Of a DNA stretch of 64,000 bases, positions 9,170 to 19,207 are shown piece after piece. Source of the stretch: a virus (Duplodnaviria; Caudoviricetes); the IMG/VR virus record IMGVR_UViG_3300043104_000334. One strand, written 5' to 3'. The position numbers and the translations under genes were made by a program. The notes beneath the pieces were generated by a model that saw only the letters and a program-made list of their open reading frames with translations, was not told where the DNA came from and did not search any database. The first letter of the stretch is position 1, and each line of letters begins with the position of its first letter.

Positions 9170-10046
9170 CTTCTGTTTCCTCCTCTACTGTACTGAGCAG
9201 TGTCATATACTCTTCCTCAGACAAATAGGAATCCGGTTTATCAAACCACTTTAATTCACTTGTTGAGAATGTAACTTCGTAAATAGTAACGTTCTCATTG
9301 TATGTTGGCACTTCTATTTCAGCATCATCAGAAGTATCATAGAAGATTTCAATATCTTCGCCGTTTGCCACTTTATCATAGTTCACATCAGACACAGCAT
9401 AGGACACAATTCCCATAGGCATATAATCTGATGTACGGATAAATAGCTGTTCGTACATAGACTCATAATCATCTGAACTTCCAAGAATCTCATAAACATA
9501 ACACTCTGTATCAGTGCCATACCAACACTCTGTTTCATCAGCTAAAGTGTAGTCATTGATATTACTCAAAATATCCCACACATTATCTGTGACCGGAACG
9601 GTATCATAGGATGTCTTCACCCACACTTCATAATCCGTGTCATAGACATAGACATCATAGTTACCGTTCTCCTCATTCTCCTCCCAGTACTCATACAACT
9701 CTGTTCCATCAGAGTCGGAATACACATAGGAAGATTCTGTAGTGTTTCTTCCACATGTGTACACATAGTTGTACACATCAGAACCCTCACCTGCAACTGT
9801 ATCTTCAATACTCAATGTGAGAAGTGCATAGTCACAGGATTCTACTGCTTCCTCAGCTTTCTCGATAATCTCCGCAGAGTTAAGCTGAGAGGCTGTAAAC
9901 AACTTGGCACCATCAAACTTAATAAATAGTGTCAATGCACCAATTACTAATGCACATGCAAATGTTGCACATGCAATAGTGATTGTTCTTCTTGAGATGC
10001 CACTCTTTTTCTCTTTGTCTTTTTTCTTACCCATTCTTATTCTCAC
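9159..10046 (-). CDS. Membrane-anchored acidic extracellular protein (possibly LolA-like fold)
   Basis: Basic N-terminus, one TM, D/E/Y-rich beta-type ectodomain. Confidence 0.65.
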   Translation of the reverse strand: MRIRMGKKKDKEKKSGISRRTITIACATFACALVIGALTLFIKFDGAKLFTASQLNSAEIIEKAEEAVESCDYALLTLSIEDTVAGEGSDVYNYVYTCGRNTTESSYVYSDSDGTELYEYWEENEENGNYDVYVYDTDYEVWVKTSYDTVPVTDNVWDILSNINDYTLADETECWYGTDTECYVYEILGSSDDYESMYEQLFIRTSDYMPMGIVSYAVSDVNYDKVANGEDIEIFYDTSDDAEIEVPTYNENVTIYEVTFSTSELKWFDKPDSYLSEEEYMTLLSTVEEETEDED

Positions 10047-11452
10047 TTTCTCAATTCTTGTCTAAAGATAGATACAGATAAATCTGTACTCAATAGTACA
10101 TTTCTGAATCCCTTTGCACCACGAACACCCGCAGTCGATAAAGTTCGCACTCCTGCAAGTTCCTGCTCTTCAGTAAAGGTCATATGCATATCATAGTCAG
10201 TATGTCTTTGAACAATATGGCCACCCTGTACATAACCAGACCGAATAGCTTTTCCTGCATAAGCAGCCTCAATACCCTTGTCATTGTACTGGTTAATGCA
10301 TAATGCCGCAACATTCAACCGCTTTACAATCTTACGTGTAATTTCATAGGCATCCGTAATTATTTCATATTGCTCTCTACGCCTTGCCCATTTATCTGAT
10401 GGTACAGAACTACACAAGCCCATGTAGTCAATTACAACTAAGCCAAGATTAGTATATACTTTTGCAACACTCTCCGCTTCATCATAATAATCTTCTACGA
10501 CTAAATCTTCCTTGAAGATGAACTTACCGTAGTTACCTGATTCAAATAAATCAATCCTAGCAGACTCATAAATCTGTTTCTGTTCATCCGTCATTTCATC
10601 ATACTTGTTCATGATATTATCAGGTATCTTTATTCTGCCACCATACACACGTGTGATGTGATAAGCAATAAGAATATTCTCTGTCTGCGCTTTACTAAGC
10701 TCAAGTTCATACCAAAGCACATCTTTCTTTGCTTCAGTTAAAACTCTATAAGCAAAATGTACTTCACCAAATCTTGTTTTACCACCTTTAGGCTGAGAAG
10801 TGAATGTATAGATAAGTCTTGTGTAAATGCCACCGATGTCTCCATCAATACATGGAATTCCTGTTTTACAGATGAACTCCATTTTTCCCTCTTCTTCTTC
10901 CGTAGTTGAGTAATCTACATCTCTGATTTTCTCAGTGTTGTAAACATCATCCAATTCCGCCAAACTACTCCTAAGTCCTGCCGATACCTCATTTATATCA
11001 GACCCATCCATAAGCTTAGGATAAGCACTTAGCATAACATCCTGAATACTGTCAGAACGTTTACTAGACATAAAGTCATATATGTCTACTTTGAAATCTC
11101 TTCCAGTAAGGTCAGGCTGTATATAGGTATCATACGCAGCCTGTGTAGCCTCAGATATAATCTGATAAGCCTCCTCTAACTGTGAAGCTTCTCTGTAGTC
11201 AAGAGAAGTCATTGTCTCAGTCTTAACATTATATTTCTTAATGTCCTGCTTTCCATCAACTTTAAGGTAAGCAGTCAAGAACTCTTTTCTAGGAACAATT
11301 GATAACCGTGCGCAATACTTCAGGAAACACACGAGAAGTCTATCAACTCCATTAAAGTTCTTAGGCTCAAAGTATCTAGCGAACCAGTTTGTATAAATGC
11401 CAGCACGCGGGTCTTCACCCTCATGCGTGAACCATTTAAAAACTCGTTCCAT
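10043..11452 (-). CDS. DnaB-like (SF4) replicative helicase
   Basis: Walker A SQPKGGKT, catalytic ELE, VVIDYMGL (Walker B), INQYN motif. Confidence 0.82.
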   Translation of the reverse strand: MERVFKWFTHEGEDPRAGIYTNWFARYFEPKNFNGVDRLLVCFLKYCARLSIVPRKEFLTAYLKVDGKQDIKKYNVKTETMTSLDYREASQLEEAYQIISEATQAAYDTYIQPDLTGRDFKVDIYDFMSSKRSDSIQDVMLSAYPKLMDGSDINEVSAGLRSSLAELDDVYNTEKIRDVDYSTTEEEEGKMEFICKTGIPCIDGDIGGIYTRLIYTFTSQPKGGKTRFGEVHFAYRVLTEAKKDVLWYELELSKAQTENILIAYHITRVYGGRIKIPDNIMNKYDEMTDEQKQIYESARIDLFESGNYGKFIFKEDLVVEDYYDEAESVAKVYTNLGLVVIDYMGLCSSVPSDKWARRREQYEIITDAYEITRKIVKRLNVAALCINQYNDKGIEAAYAGKAIRSGYVQGGHIVQRHTDYDMHMTFTEEQELAGVRTLSTAGVRGAKGFRNVLLSTDLSVSIFRQELRK

Positions 11453-11481
11453 TATAATTCTCCTTTTCGGATTATTTGTAT

Positions 11482-11742
11482 TTAAATACGATTAAGGTAT
11501 ACTTCGAGATAATCATCCTTAGTCAATGCAATATCAATGTCAGAGCTTTCAAGAGTATTATTGTAGTACTCTTTAACCTTGTCATTGAGTTCACTAACAA
11601 GCCTGTCAGTTAATGCACCAAGAATCTTGTCGGTTTCATTCGGTAACGGCAGGTGCCGATACTTCTTGAAGAGCTCTTCAAGAATTCTGTCACTAAGGAT
11701 ACTCTTAACATTCTTATCAAGGCTTGATGATGTTAGCATCAT
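11482..11742 (-). CDS. Hypothetical protein
   Basis: 86-aa ORF with AAGGAG RBS inside the replication cluster. Confidence 0.7.
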   Translation of the reverse strand: MMLTSSSLDKNVKSILSDRILEELFKKYRHLPLPNETDKILGALTDRLVSELNDKVKEYYNNTLESSDIDIALTKDDYLEVYLNRI

Positions 11743-11757
11743 AGTAACTTGCTCCTT

Positions 11758-12261
11758 TCATAAATTTATAAGCTTATCTAAATTGCAGATAGGGATATTC
11801 TTTCCCTTACAATAAGACATGTCATATGCCGCTGTACGGTCGGCATATGTATTGCCGGCGTTATCAGCATGTCCCTTAACCCAGATATAATTTATCTTAA
11901 GATTAGGAACCTGCTCAAGGATATCCCTTACAGATTTAACAAACCATTGTGTAGCCGGCTTATTTGTCTTCCACCCGCCTGTAAGCCATTCACCAACTCC
12001 CTTGTAATCATAGATAAGGTCAAGCTGGTAAGTATCCATCAATTCTTCGTTCTTCTTCTGTACGTTAGCAGCCACAGACGTAATAGCGGACCAAGCTGCA
12101 AGCACCTCTCCACCAACATTTCGCATAGACACAAATGCAGGGTTTGTACACTTAATGTGAATCTGGCTTACTGGAGCATTGCCATTCCAAAATACGATTC
12201 CGCCGTGCACCTCACCGTTGTCTCCAAAACTACCATCTGTGTAAGCAATATACTTTTGCAT
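11758..12261 (-). CDS. rnhA: Ribonuclease HI
   Basis: AYTDGS, RNVGGE, YDYKG, WVKGH..N.GN..AD catalytic motifs. Confidence 0.9.
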   Translation of the reverse strand: MQKYIAYTDGSFGDNGEVHGGIVFWNGNAPVSQIHIKCTNPAFVSMRNVGGEVLAAWSAITSVAANVQKKNEELMDTYQLDLIYDYKGVGEWLTGGWKTNKPATQWFVKSVRDILEQVPNLKINYIWVKGHADNAGNTYADRTAAYDMSYCKGKNIPICNLDKLINL

Positions 12262-12273
12262 ATGATATCTCCT

Positions 12274-12900
12274 TTACCAAAATGATTTTATACAAACCGT
12301 ATTGTAAGCACCCGTACCCCTCAGATACTTTAGCTTGTCAAACTTGTCTACTACCTTTAAATCCTGTTCTGAACCACCGAACATAAAGATAGTGAAACCA
12401 TTAGACCGAACCCTGCGCTCAATGATATAACCGATGGTATCGAACATCCAAAACTGGACATCACGAGGTATACGTATCACGGCACATCTAGCATCCGAAT
12501 AAAGCTGTGTCATTTCTTTGTCCGTATAGGAATTTAAAATATTCCTTACTTCAGTCACATCCTTTAAGGGCGGCATATCGAACCCTTTAGACGTAATCAA
12601 AGAATACAGGTTATAGGCCCACACAGTTTTACCGGAGTTTGGTCTAGAACATATAATCATGTTCTTTTGGTAAAATGCAATATCATTGACTATGGTAGTC
12701 ATAAGCTCTTCCATGAACGTACCATAATCTTTTTGTTCTTTATCAGGTAGAAAGCTCTTATCAAACTTTAGTCCCTGATACTGAGCTGGTACACCATACA
12801 CAATAGGCACCATGCTTGTTTGTTCTTTCATACAGTCTGGACACGGCTCTCCACTTACAAGCCTGCCAGTTCCACCACACTTGATACATACCGAACTCAC
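12274..12900 (-). CDS. DnaC/IstB-like helicase loader with N-terminal Zn finger
   Basis: CIKCGG..CPDC, GVP..Y...F, Walker A SRPNSGKT, YIIERR; near the DnaB-like gene. Confidence 0.65.
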   Translation of the reverse strand: MSSVCIKCGGTGRLVSGEPCPDCMKEQTSMVPIVYGVPAQYQGLKFDKSFLPDKEQKDYGTFMEELMTTIVNDIAFYQKNMIICSRPNSGKTVWAYNLYSLITSKGFDMPPLKDVTEVRNILNSYTDKEMTQLYSDARCAVIRIPRDVQFWMFDTIGYIIERRVRSNGFTIFMFGGSEQDLKVVDKFDKLKYLRGTGAYNTVCIKSFW

Positions 12901-12955
12901 TTTAACACACTCCTAACTTTACGTTATATTCCTGCTTATGCAGTGTCATATTTCT

Positions 12956-13333
12956 TTACATAAGATTATCCGCAATCTTATAGTACTTGCTTGGCAGAGC
13001 TTTTGTTTGCAGGTCCATAAGTATCTGGTCCATAATTGCTCCCATGCAGTCATCCGGATATCCTGTGACGTAAGCATTTCTGAATTTAAGGAAACTCAGA
13101 TGATCCGGAAACGTTTTCTTGTAAGCATCACTCACATCAGACGAATGCTGCTTAAGCATAGCCTCGTTAACCAGTATGCAGGACAGGAAGAATGTATACT
13201 GCATTACATCCATCTCAGAACCGAGGTTACATTTGCCAATCCGGTTCACGAAGCTGTCAATTGCATTCTGAAGCTCAGTTTCCTTTGTGTTGCCCTGCAC
13301 ACTCTGCGCAGCCTTTAATAATTCTTCACTCAT
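12956..13333 (-). CDS. Hypothetical protein (N-terminal ELLKAAQ)
   Basis: 125-aa ORF with AGGAGG RBS. Confidence 0.75.
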   Translation of the reverse strand: MSEELLKAAQSVQGNTKETELQNAIDSFVNRIGKCNLGSEMDVMQYTFFLSCILVNEAMLKQHSSDVSDAYKKTFPDHLSFLKFRNAYVTGYPDDCMGAIMDQILMDLQTKALPSKYYKIADNLM

Positions 13334-13348
13334 TACTTAATCCTCCTT

Positions 13349-13801
13349 TTAATAGAACTGTTCCCAACAGTACTGTTTCTTCATACTTTCTATAAGCTGG
13401 TTGAAATCGTCCTTACTTCGGATGTACGTAAACCTAAGCTCGGCTGACCTGTCTCTGTAAAGTTCACATAGCAAGCTAACAGCATGTGGAGTTATTTCTC
13501 CAACAACCCTAGGTATTACTTTTGTTGTTTTAAGTAATGGCTGAAGATATCCAATATCAATCTTGTCATTAAGGTCTATAACAACCTCATCAAATCGTGA
13601 GCTTGCAATAAACGGGTGACTGGTAATTTTATTGAACTCAATGCTTGACATAACAACTGTGTCAAATGAAACTTCATTCATTACTATGTCTGTAACCAAT
13701 AATCGCATACTTAATCCTCCTGTATCACAGCTTGTCACCGAGATATAAGATTTCTGAGATAGCCGCCACAAGTTCATTAAGTCCAAACTCGTAAGCAACA
13801 A
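13349..13801 (-). CDS. Hypothetical protein (start may be the internal MRLLV after GGAGG)
   Basis: ORF track; RBS precedes internal Met. Confidence 0.65.
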   Translation of the reverse strand: MLLTSLDLMNLWRLSQKSYISVTSCDTGGLSMRLLVTDIVMNEVSFDTVVMSSIEFNKITSHPFIASSRFDEVVIDLNDKIDIGYLQPLLKTTKVIPRVVGEITPHAVSLLCELYRDRSAELRFTYIRSKDDFNQLIESMKKQYCWEQFY

Positions 13802-14270
13802 TCATAACAAGAATGAACTTTTTCTCCATACAATTGTTGACAGAACCGAACTTACGCTTAATAGCGGAAATCGCTGTCTCGATACTTGGCATCGTAGAAG
13901 ACCCCATAGCAGCCATGAAAAAGCTCTGTAATGCCTTCCGCTCAAATCCCATGTAGTTGATGTTGGATACACGGATTGTAACGATTTTGTTATATCTCAC
14001 AATCTGCAGGTATCCACACAATCTTGCATGTAATGCCGCGGCATTCTCAACGAAGAGCACAGCCTGACTCCGGGACTTTCCACTGTAGAGTGAATCATCA
14101 TTTATCTTCTTATCATGCAGGTCAATCTGATACTGCCGAATGATTCTGTTACGAATGTTTTCAAGAATATCTTCAACATCCTTTTCACTGTAGTCTTTAC
14201 CATCAATAAGTAAAGCTGCTTCGATGTCAAGCATAATCTTGTTGATATCATAGAAATCTGATATTACCAT
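13725..14270 (-). CDS. Hypothetical protein (start revised to MVISDFY)
   Basis: AAGGAG RBS before ATG at 14270; avoids long overlap with the upstream gene. Confidence 0.7.
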   Translation of the reverse strand: MVISDFYDINKIMLDIEAALLIDGKDYSEKDVEDILENIRNRIIRQYQIDLHDKKINDDSLYSGKSRSQAVLFVENAAALHARLCGYLQIVRYNKIVTIRVSNINYMGFERKALQSFFMAAMGSSTMPSIETAISAIKRKFGSVNNCMEKKFILVMIVAYEFGLNELVAAISEILYLGDKL

Positions 14271-14284
14271 AATTATTCTTCTCC

Positions 14285-14632
14285 TTATTTTGTTAACGCA
14301 ATATAAACCTTGTCTCGTATACCGGATGGAAAATACGTATATATTACATCTGCGTATTCTTTGATATTTTCCAAATCTCTGCATAACTTATCAATACTCT
14401 CACTATGCGCAAATGCATTACGATATTCATACATAGCCACACTGAATACAAAGTTGCTAGTTATGTTCATTCTGTTTGGAGTATGCACATCTGATAATGA
14501 TGCTGCCAAATACTTAAAATATTCACATACAACAAACACAATAAATAATTTGTCAGTACACATGCCAGACCTGAGCGTCAGTAAGCAATTATCTATCTTA
14601 CTGTCTAATTCGTCCAATGACATTATACTCAT
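14285..14632 (-). CDS. Small HEPN-like protein (putative RNase)
   Basis: All-helical 115 aa with VCE and RNAFAH (RX4H) motif. Confidence 0.5.
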   Translation of the reverse strand: MSIMSLDELDSKIDNCLLTLRSGMCTDKLFIVFVVCEYFKYLAASLSDVHTPNRMNITSNFVFSVAMYEYRNAFAHSESIDKLCRDLENIKEYADVIYTYFPSGIRDKVYIALTK

Positions 14633-15036
14633 TTCTGTACCTCCAAGTTATTATGCAGATCGTAATATATACCACCATGTGAATTCTCAAATTCATCATC
14701 TGTTATACCACACTCAAGCATTATACCAAAATACTCTTTTGCTATAGCTTTATGCTCTTTTGTTCCAAGCTCAGTACAAACAACCGACTTGCTTGTAAGG
14801 ATAAGCTTTGACACAGGAAACCCACCATCTTCTACCTCGGTTTTATAAGACTCGAAAGCGCCGGTTGAGACAAGTTTATTTCCTAAGGATTCAAGCTTTA
14901 TTTTGAATCGTTCAAACTTTGTTTTCGGGGCTATAACACCTGCAGCTGATACTAATGTCTCAACCATATTATATCTCTCCATTCTGTTGCAACTCTTTAT
15001 CATATCCAAAATAGAACCCATTGTCCATGCAAGCAT
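14629..15036 (-). CDS. Hypothetical protein, ATGA-coupled to the HEPN-like gene
   Basis: 4-bp overlap; true start probably internal (MVETL). Confidence 0.65.
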   Translation of the reverse strand: MLAWTMGSILDMIKSCNRMERYNMVETLVSAAGVIAPKTKFERFKIKLESLGNKLVSTGAFESYKTEVEDGGFPVSKLILTSKSVVCTELGTKEHKAIAKEYFGIMLECGITDDEFENSHGGIYYDLHNNLEVQK

Positions 15037-15424
15037 CTACAATATGCCGAAGTACATCTGTTTTAGTCATAGCCCACGTAAATTCGTGGTCCATATAGAA
15101 CTTTCCAGCAAACAAATACAACCTCGTAAGAGCATTGTCTAATCTGCCAACAATAAGCTCCTTCGTTTCGGCATCTGTTTCTACAAAGGTATCATCAGCC
15201 GTGACATCTTCAATAAGCTGAAGAACTTCCATGATAGGCGTAAGGACCAACGGGTCTTTACAGTCTTTCACAAGCTGTCTTAACACCATACTCAATGACT
15301 GCTCAACCTGCCCGAGCTGTTGCTTCCGAATAGTTTCTCGTGTGTTTGCATGTAATCGCGGAATTACTCTCTCAAGTAATATGACCGCGCTCAACACTTC
15401 ATTGTTGTCCTGACTCATCTTCAA
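14969..15424 (-). CDS. Hypothetical helical protein
   Basis: ORF with GGAGG RBS. Confidence 0.7.
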   Translation of the reverse strand: MKMSQDNNEVLSAVILLERVIPRLHANTRETIRKQQLGQVEQSLSMVLRQLVKDCKDPLVLTPIMEVLQLIEDVTADDTFVETDAETKELIVGRLDNALTRLYLFAGKFYMDHEFTWAMTKTDVLRHIVDACMDNGFYFGYDKELQQNGEI

Positions 15425-15761
15425 TTACCTCCTCCATGCTATCCTCTTCGACGTCCTCGTTACTGTAGGTAAATCTTGTGGCAACACCCTTTACCTTTGT
15501 CAAACTACTTGTTATAGATGACCGTGTAGATGAGTCGATAAGCGTTATAATGCCTAATAGAATCACACAAGTCAAAGCTTCCTGCCAGTCTACAAATGTC
15601 GACAACTCAAATATCTTAGCTACAACTGACCAAGCAAGAAATATAAGTGATACGAAAAAGGCGTCTAGTGTATACCGCTGTGTTGGTACGATAAGCGCGT
15701 CAAAGAATTCTTCAAGCGCATCCATTATACCATCAATGAGTATTTTTAAGAAATCATTCAT
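15399..15761 (-). CDS. Small two-TM membrane protein with acidic tail
   Basis: Hydrophobic segments; GAGGTG RBS. Confidence 0.7.
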   Translation of the reverse strand: MNDFLKILIDGIMDALEEFFDALIVPTQRYTLDAFFVSLIFLAWSVVAKIFELSTFVDWQEALTCVILLGIITLIDSSTRSSITSSLTKVKGVATRFTYSNEDVEEDSMEEVIEDESGQQ

Positions 15762-15772
15762 TAAGATTCACC

Positions 15773-16168
15773 TCAATCTCTTCTTTCAATTATATATGAA
15801 AGTCCAGTATAACTGTTTTCATATTCTGAACAGAAAAATGTTATTTTACATTCAGGATACGTAAAGTAGTATCTGTAAGATGGACAATTATCTTTAGTAA
15901 AGCTCACGTCAATATAGGAAGAAGTTATATCCTCTGAATAAACAGAATAACCATCTGCTTTCATATTAACGTAAACATTACTAATACCATTTATTGTGGT
16001 AAGCCCAACATTGTCAGATAATACTTCATAGTAGGTATCAGTGTACTCATCAACAAGATAAACTGTGCCATTTGTTTCAATAGGCACATTGTTAATATTG
16101 TACGCCGTGATACCTACACATAAGACAGTTGCTACTGTGAATAATAATTTACGTAATATTCTTATCAT
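15773..16168 (-). CDS. Secreted or membrane-anchored hypothetical protein
   Basis: Signal-peptide-like N-terminus. Confidence 0.7.
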   Translation of the reverse strand: MIRILRKLLFTVATVLCVGITAYNINNVPIETNGTVYLVDEYTDTYYEVLSDNVGLTTINGISNVYVNMKADGYSVYSEDITSSYIDVSFTKDNCPSYRYYFTYPECKITFFCSEYENSYTGLSYIIERRD

Positions 16169-16179
16169 AGCAGTCTCCG

Positions 16180-16638
16180 TTACTTAACCCAACGTTCTAC
16201 TTCCTCACCATTATAGTAGAGGTGCAGAACTTTGTTTCCATCAGAATCTTTCTTGATATCAATTGTAAATCCGATGGTACTAAGAGCATCCAGATTCTCC
16301 TGCTTATAGAAATCAGCTGGTTCCCACGTAAGGTAAATACGCCCAAACTCAATACGGATTTCATCGTCGGTTTTATACCACTTGATGTCCGTTTCCGGGT
16401 CATGCATGCCAAGCTTATTTGAATAATCATTAAGCTTCCCGGAACTCGTCATAAAACTTCTGATATATTCGATATTCGTTTCGGTAGAGTTCTGATTGTT
16501 AACATACCAGATAAGGTATACACAAGTTGCAATTACTACAATTGCACAGGGAATGAGAATATATTTCATTGTTCCCGCTCCCTGCATAAAATCTTTCTTC
16601 TTTGTTACTTTCCCAAGTTTACGTTTTGCCATAATCAT
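16180..16638 (-). CDS. Membrane-anchored hypothetical protein
   Basis: Basic N-terminus plus single TM. Confidence 0.7.
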   Translation of the reverse strand: MIMAKRKLGKVTKKKDFMQGAGTMKYILIPCAIVVIATCVYLIWYVNNQNSTETNIEYIRSFMTSSGKLNDYSNKLGMHDPETDIKWYKTDDEIRIEFGRIYLTWEPADFYKQENLDALSTIGFTIDIKKDSDGNKVLHLYYNGEEVERWVK

Positions 16639-16892
16639 TCACCTCCATTAGTTTTCTTACTTCGTTCACTTTCAAGCCAAGCCTCAATCTCTTCATCACT
16701 AAGCCCTTCAACATTGTAAGCACTAATTTCTCCGTCATCTTCTGTGAGCTCGTATGAAACAGAATTAGCTTCCCTTGCTTCTTTCTGCAATTCATCAACA
16801 ACAATAAGAGTTCCCATAATGAGAACAATTGTTACAAATACACTTGATACTACAATCAATGTTTTGTTTTTGTGCCACAGATACTTAATCAT
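16635..16892 (-). CDS. Small membrane-anchored acidic protein
   Basis: Single TM then E/D-rich tail. Confidence 0.65.
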   Translation of the reverse strand: MIKYLWHKNKTLIVVSSVFVTIVLIMGTLIVVDELQKEAREANSVSYELTEDDGEISAYNVEGLSDEEIEAWLESERSKKTNGGE

Positions 16893-17306
16893 TTATTTCC
16901 TCCTGTCAACGAGATACATCTCACTCATAAAATTATCCTCCTCAATCAGAAGAAAATCATATAAAGCACCGTCCTCAAGGTCTTTAAAGCAAACAGTACT
17001 CTTGCTTAAACTAAACCCTATGAACTGCAACGTTTTGAATGAATCTTGCAATTCCAGTTTGTAATCACAGATTACACGCAACATCCAAACCGGAATTTCT
17101 AATTCCATTGTCTCAGCATTTATGATAAGATCACGTAGCCCGAACATATCTCCCATAGGCTCAGGTGACTTCTTTCTTTTTCTTTTGTCTTTCATCACAA
17201 GTGCTGTTACACCACTTACCATTGTTACCATTGCTGTTACAAAAACTAGTTTTTTGTTCTTCATAAAAATTTCCATCCTTACTTTATTTGTGTTTCCATT
17301 GAGCAT
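16893..17306 (-). CDS. Membrane-anchored hypothetical protein (start probably MKNKK)
   Basis: Hydrophobic segment followed by a basic patch. Confidence 0.6.
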   Translation of the reverse strand: MLNGNTNKVRMEIFMKNKKLVFVTAMVTMVSGVTALVMKDKRKRKKSPEPMGDMFGLRDLIINAETMELEIPVWMLRVICDYKLELQDSFKTLQFIGFSLSKSTVCFKDLEDGALYDFLLIEEDNFMSEMYLVDRRK

Positions 17307-19023
17307 ATAGCTTTATTGTTTTGTTGTTCTTTGTAGTTAAATTCTTTATCTTTGTTTCATCACTGTAGCTTATACCTGTACCATCCGCTTTAGTGTTCCA
17401 ACCAATAAATATGTAGTTCTTTCTAGTAAAGCTGCATGTAGGTAATCTATATGATTTTCCATACTTGCATACTTTGCTACTCATCGTTCCAGAACCACTA
17501 TTTGAATAAAATTTTATTTTATACGTATTTGGCATCCATTTCGCGTATAGTATATAATTCTTCTTTTTATTCTTTTGTATCTTAGTGACAGCCTTTGTCA
17601 AATCTTTGTCACTATACCATCCATCAAATGTGTAACCTAAACGTTCAGGCACCAACAATTTTGAGCCGGTAGATGGTAGATAATATTTAGTCTTACTCCC
17701 ATTATTGCTACCATCATTCATGTTATATTTTATTTTATAAGCACGTTCTGCAGATGTGATGCTACTATTTAGCTTGCCTTGTGTTGCTGCAACTGCCCTA
17801 ACCTTTGTATAATCGGTCACCGTAATCTTTCCACTATAAATGTAGGATTTACTACTCGCTACACTTGGAGTTGTTCCGTCGGTTGTATAATATATGATTG
17901 AATTGTTAGTCTTACAAGACATGGAAATACTATAACTAGTAATAATCTTTTTACCAGTCTTAGTGTCACTACTGTACACGGGAATAGCCTTTATTGTAAC
18001 ATTCTTTGTAACATCTGTTACTGCTGACAATGTACCAACATCATATTCATAACTATCTGTATCCATAGTACACTCAGGTAAGTACCCATCCCAATAAGAC
18101 AACGCTGTGTGATTCTCAACAGTATCTTTATACTTGCTATAGGCATAATCACTTCTTGCAAAATAAGTATAGTATGGTTCATCTTCTGATTCTTGATCAT
18201 CAAAAGTACAATCAACATTATACCATGAGCCATTCATTAAAACCTTATTCCACTCATGATTATACCCTGTTACAGATATACAGTCTACACCAATTGCATT
18301 ACACAACATTTCAAATACATGAGCATAACCAGCACACACAGTGCTATTAAAGCAAAGTGCACTATACGCACTTTGTGTTAAGTATATGTCATCCTTTTCA
18401 TTGTCTACCATTTTGTTTTCATCAAGCACATCATGATTGTATGTTATGTTTTCGCAAACTAAATCGTGTATTGACTTAACAGTATTTAAAACATCTGTAG
18501 TATCAATTTCGATCTCATTAATCCATGACTCGATAGCGTCTTTAAATAAAGCTGTAGCTTCAGCACGTTCAACACCATTTGCAAAACTACTATAGGACAC
18601 TAAGTAAATTCCATTGTGATTATCAAGATGCCCTGTCAGCACTGATGTCTGCAAATAGTAATATTGTGGATTAGAATATCTGAACATCCTTTCAACAAAT
18701 ACCTGTTGCTCTAATGTAAGTTCATCAGAATATATAAAATCAGAAATATAACGAGAGTTATATTCTGTAAAGTCCTTATTCGTATTCATGTATGTTAAAC
18801 ATAAGTTATTCAGCCTATCCCAGAAATCACGCTCAGGTTCATCAAGTTGATTGTAGAAATAGTATGTGGAAAATTTGTCCCAATAGGATGTATATGTTTC
18901 AGCCCGTTTAAATGTATTAACATACTGTATGTTTGTGCTACTACTCGCATATGCTATATTTGAACTACTAGTCAATGATAGCATTAGTACAAGTATTAAG
19001 CACTTCTTCAAATTTAAAAACAC
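17284..19023 (-). CDS. Secreted transglutaminase-like protein with FN3/chitobiase-like and InlB B-repeat (Listeria-Bacteroides) domains; start revised to GTG 19023
   Basis: VCAGYA, HEWN, VDCTFDD catalytic triad; IYYTTDGTTP; GYTFDGWY...LYAKW and FIGWNTKADG...LYAQW repeats; AAGGGAG RBS. Confidence 0.85.
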   Translation of the reverse strand: MFLNLKKCLILVLMLSLTSSSNIAYASSSTNIQYVNTFKRAETYTSYWDKFSTYYFYNQLDEPERDFWDRLNNLCLTYMNTNKDFTEYNSRYISDFIYSDELTLEQQVFVERMFRYSNPQYYYLQTSVLTGHLDNHNGIYLVSYSSFANGVERAEATALFKDAIESWINEIEIDTTDVLNTVKSIHDLVCENITYNHDVLDENKMVDNEKDDIYLTQSAYSALCFNSTVCAGYAHVFEMLCNAIGVDCISVTGYNHEWNKVLMNGSWYNVDCTFDDQESEDEPYYTYFARSDYAYSKYKDTVENHTALSYWDGYLPECTMDTDSYEYDVGTLSAVTDVTKNVTIKAIPVYSSDTKTGKKIITSYSISMSCKTNNSIIYYTTDGTTPSVASSKSYIYSGKITVTDYTKVRAVAATQGKLNSSITSAERAYKIKYNMNDGSNNGSKTKYYLPSTGSKLLVPERLGYTFDGWYSDKDLTKAVTKIQKNKKKNYILYAKWMPNTYKIKFYSNSGSGTMSSKVCKYGKSYRLPTCSFTRKNYIFIGWNTKADGTGISYSDETKIKNLTTKNNKTIKLYAQWKHK

Positions 19024-19207
19024 AGCATACTCCCTTTCGCTATTTGCAGTGCTCATATAATATAAACAATCTCTAATGAGCACTGTAATAGTCAGTTGAA
19101 CAGTCAATGCCTATTCCGCATAATGTATACGAATATTACTGTGAATACACCAGAGAATATCGTTATAGCAATATCCAGAATAGTATTGATTGTATGTAAA
19201 CATTCTA

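Noticed and set aside
7075-19150. Shared GTGTATT...GTATACATTA promoter-like motif near 7080-7103 and 19125-19150 (minus strand)
   Set aside because: Only two copies, different spacing, AT-rich
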